This document shows positions 55,453 to 56,086 of a DNA stretch of 56,086 bases, in pieces (positions within the stretch are counted from its first letter, which is position 1; every line of letters starts with the position of its first letter). This DNA is from a virus (Duplodnaviria; Caudoviricetes). The notes beneath the pieces were generated by a model. That model made no database searches. It was not told the origin of the DNA and was given only the letters and a program-made list of their open reading frames with translations. The position numbers and the translations under genes are program-made. The DNA is taken from positions 1 to 56,086 of IMG/VR virus record IMGVR_UViG_3300030330_003336, one strand, 5' to 3'.

Positions 55453-55460
55453 CAAATATA
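55453..55460 (-). promoter_or_regulatory. Bacteroidota -7 promoter element
   Basis: TATATTTG-CATT-ATG at the head of the minus-strand region. Confidence 0.65.
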
Positions 55461-55638
55461 CTATAAAAAAATTATTTTTTGTTGTGAGGGAGGTATGCTT
55501 TATGTTAAGTAGCCCCTACCATGTCACAAACTTTTACACACCCGTGTAACTTGTATTGGACTATCGTAGCATTTTTGCGTAATACCTGCGCGCATCTATG
55601 CTGCTTAACTATTATAGCAGGTTAATACCCATATTACA

Positions 55639-55902
55639 ATGAGTTTATTTAAATCAATTACAGAATTAGCTAAAGCAACAGTACAATTAGCTAAAGAAGA
55701 CAAGCAATTTCGTAAAGATGTATTGCTAAGTCCAGTGCATATACCAATTGCCTGTCATAAAATCTTCTTTGACAAGCTAGATGAAGCTACTGGATCACTA
55801 AAAGCTTGTAAAAATGTCGCTTACAAAGTAGTAGACATACACGCTCACAACGAGCTAAAAGCTAAATATGACGAGATTATTAAAGCTGAAGTTGTTCAAT
55901 AG
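55639..55902 (+). CDS. Hypothetical protein (divergent, possibly early gene)
   Basis: 87-aa ATG ORF beyond the strand switch. Confidence 0.6.
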   Translation: MSLFKSITELAKATVQLAKEDKQFRKDVLLSPVHIPIACHKIFFDKLDEATGSLKACKNVAYKVVDIHAHNELKAKYDEIIKAEVVQ

Positions 55903-56045
55903 ACTGATTATCAGTTACTTAAGCGGAAACACCTTGAAATAGTGCGCTATAGTGTTTATCTTATTTATTTAAGTAACTAAATATGCTGGACTTTAAGTCA
56001 GGTTGGTTTGTTATTGTTTGATTAATAATAGTAACATTCCAATTT

Positions 56046-56071
56046 GGCCTCAAAGTTCGGCCTTTTTTTTT
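56046..56071 (+). terminator. Intrinsic terminator
   Basis: GGCC-tcaaagttc-GGCC followed by a T9 run. Confidence 0.55.
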
Positions 56072-56086
56072 ACAAAGTCAAGTCAT

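Noticed and set aside
1-56086. tRNA, rRNA, integrase or transposase genes
   Set aside because: Intergenic gaps are short, no cloverleaf/T-loop pattern was noticed by eye, and no recombinase motifs were seen. tRNAscan-SE was not run.

Overview
A 56 kb piece of a crAss-like (Crassvirales-type) podovirus genome. It is AT-rich and uses standard genetic code 11. The host is most likely a Bacteroidota member, inferred from TAnnTTTG promoters, signal peptides cleaved before Gln, and a T9SS sorting domain. 1-3284 (+) is the end of a replication/recombination block: SSB-like, RusA-like resolvase, DnaA domain IV protein, DUF1599-like. 3303-55448 (-) is one long late region. In transcription order it holds small basic proteins, TerL, portal, scaffold-like protein, major capsid protein, accessory capsid proteins, ring/adaptor proteins, an IHF-like protein, and tail tubular and tail stabilisation proteins. 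Next come ejection/cargo proteins (one with a lysozyme-like domain), a 3744-aa virion RNA polymerase polyprotein (zincin HExxH plus DMDGD), and duplicated tail-fibre adaptor units with a LamG protein. The region ends with an envelope cassette, holin, a cluster of small basic proteins, a DUF5675 endolysin candidate and a metallophosphoesterase. A divergent + gene starts at 55639. Most notable observations: (i) an envelope cassette of an outer-membrane beta-barrel, a Cys peptide, a membrane protein, an exported thioredoxin-fold protein and a T9SS cargo with 11 Cys repeats; (ii) a shared C-terminal tag, RQ[LH][DNR], plus xxxGG motifs, on highly basic small proteins at two loci 45 kb apart; (iii) a promoter-bounded candidate sRNA whose core is antisense to a typical start-codon region. 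All functional calls come from motifs and synteny read by eye; no database searches were run.
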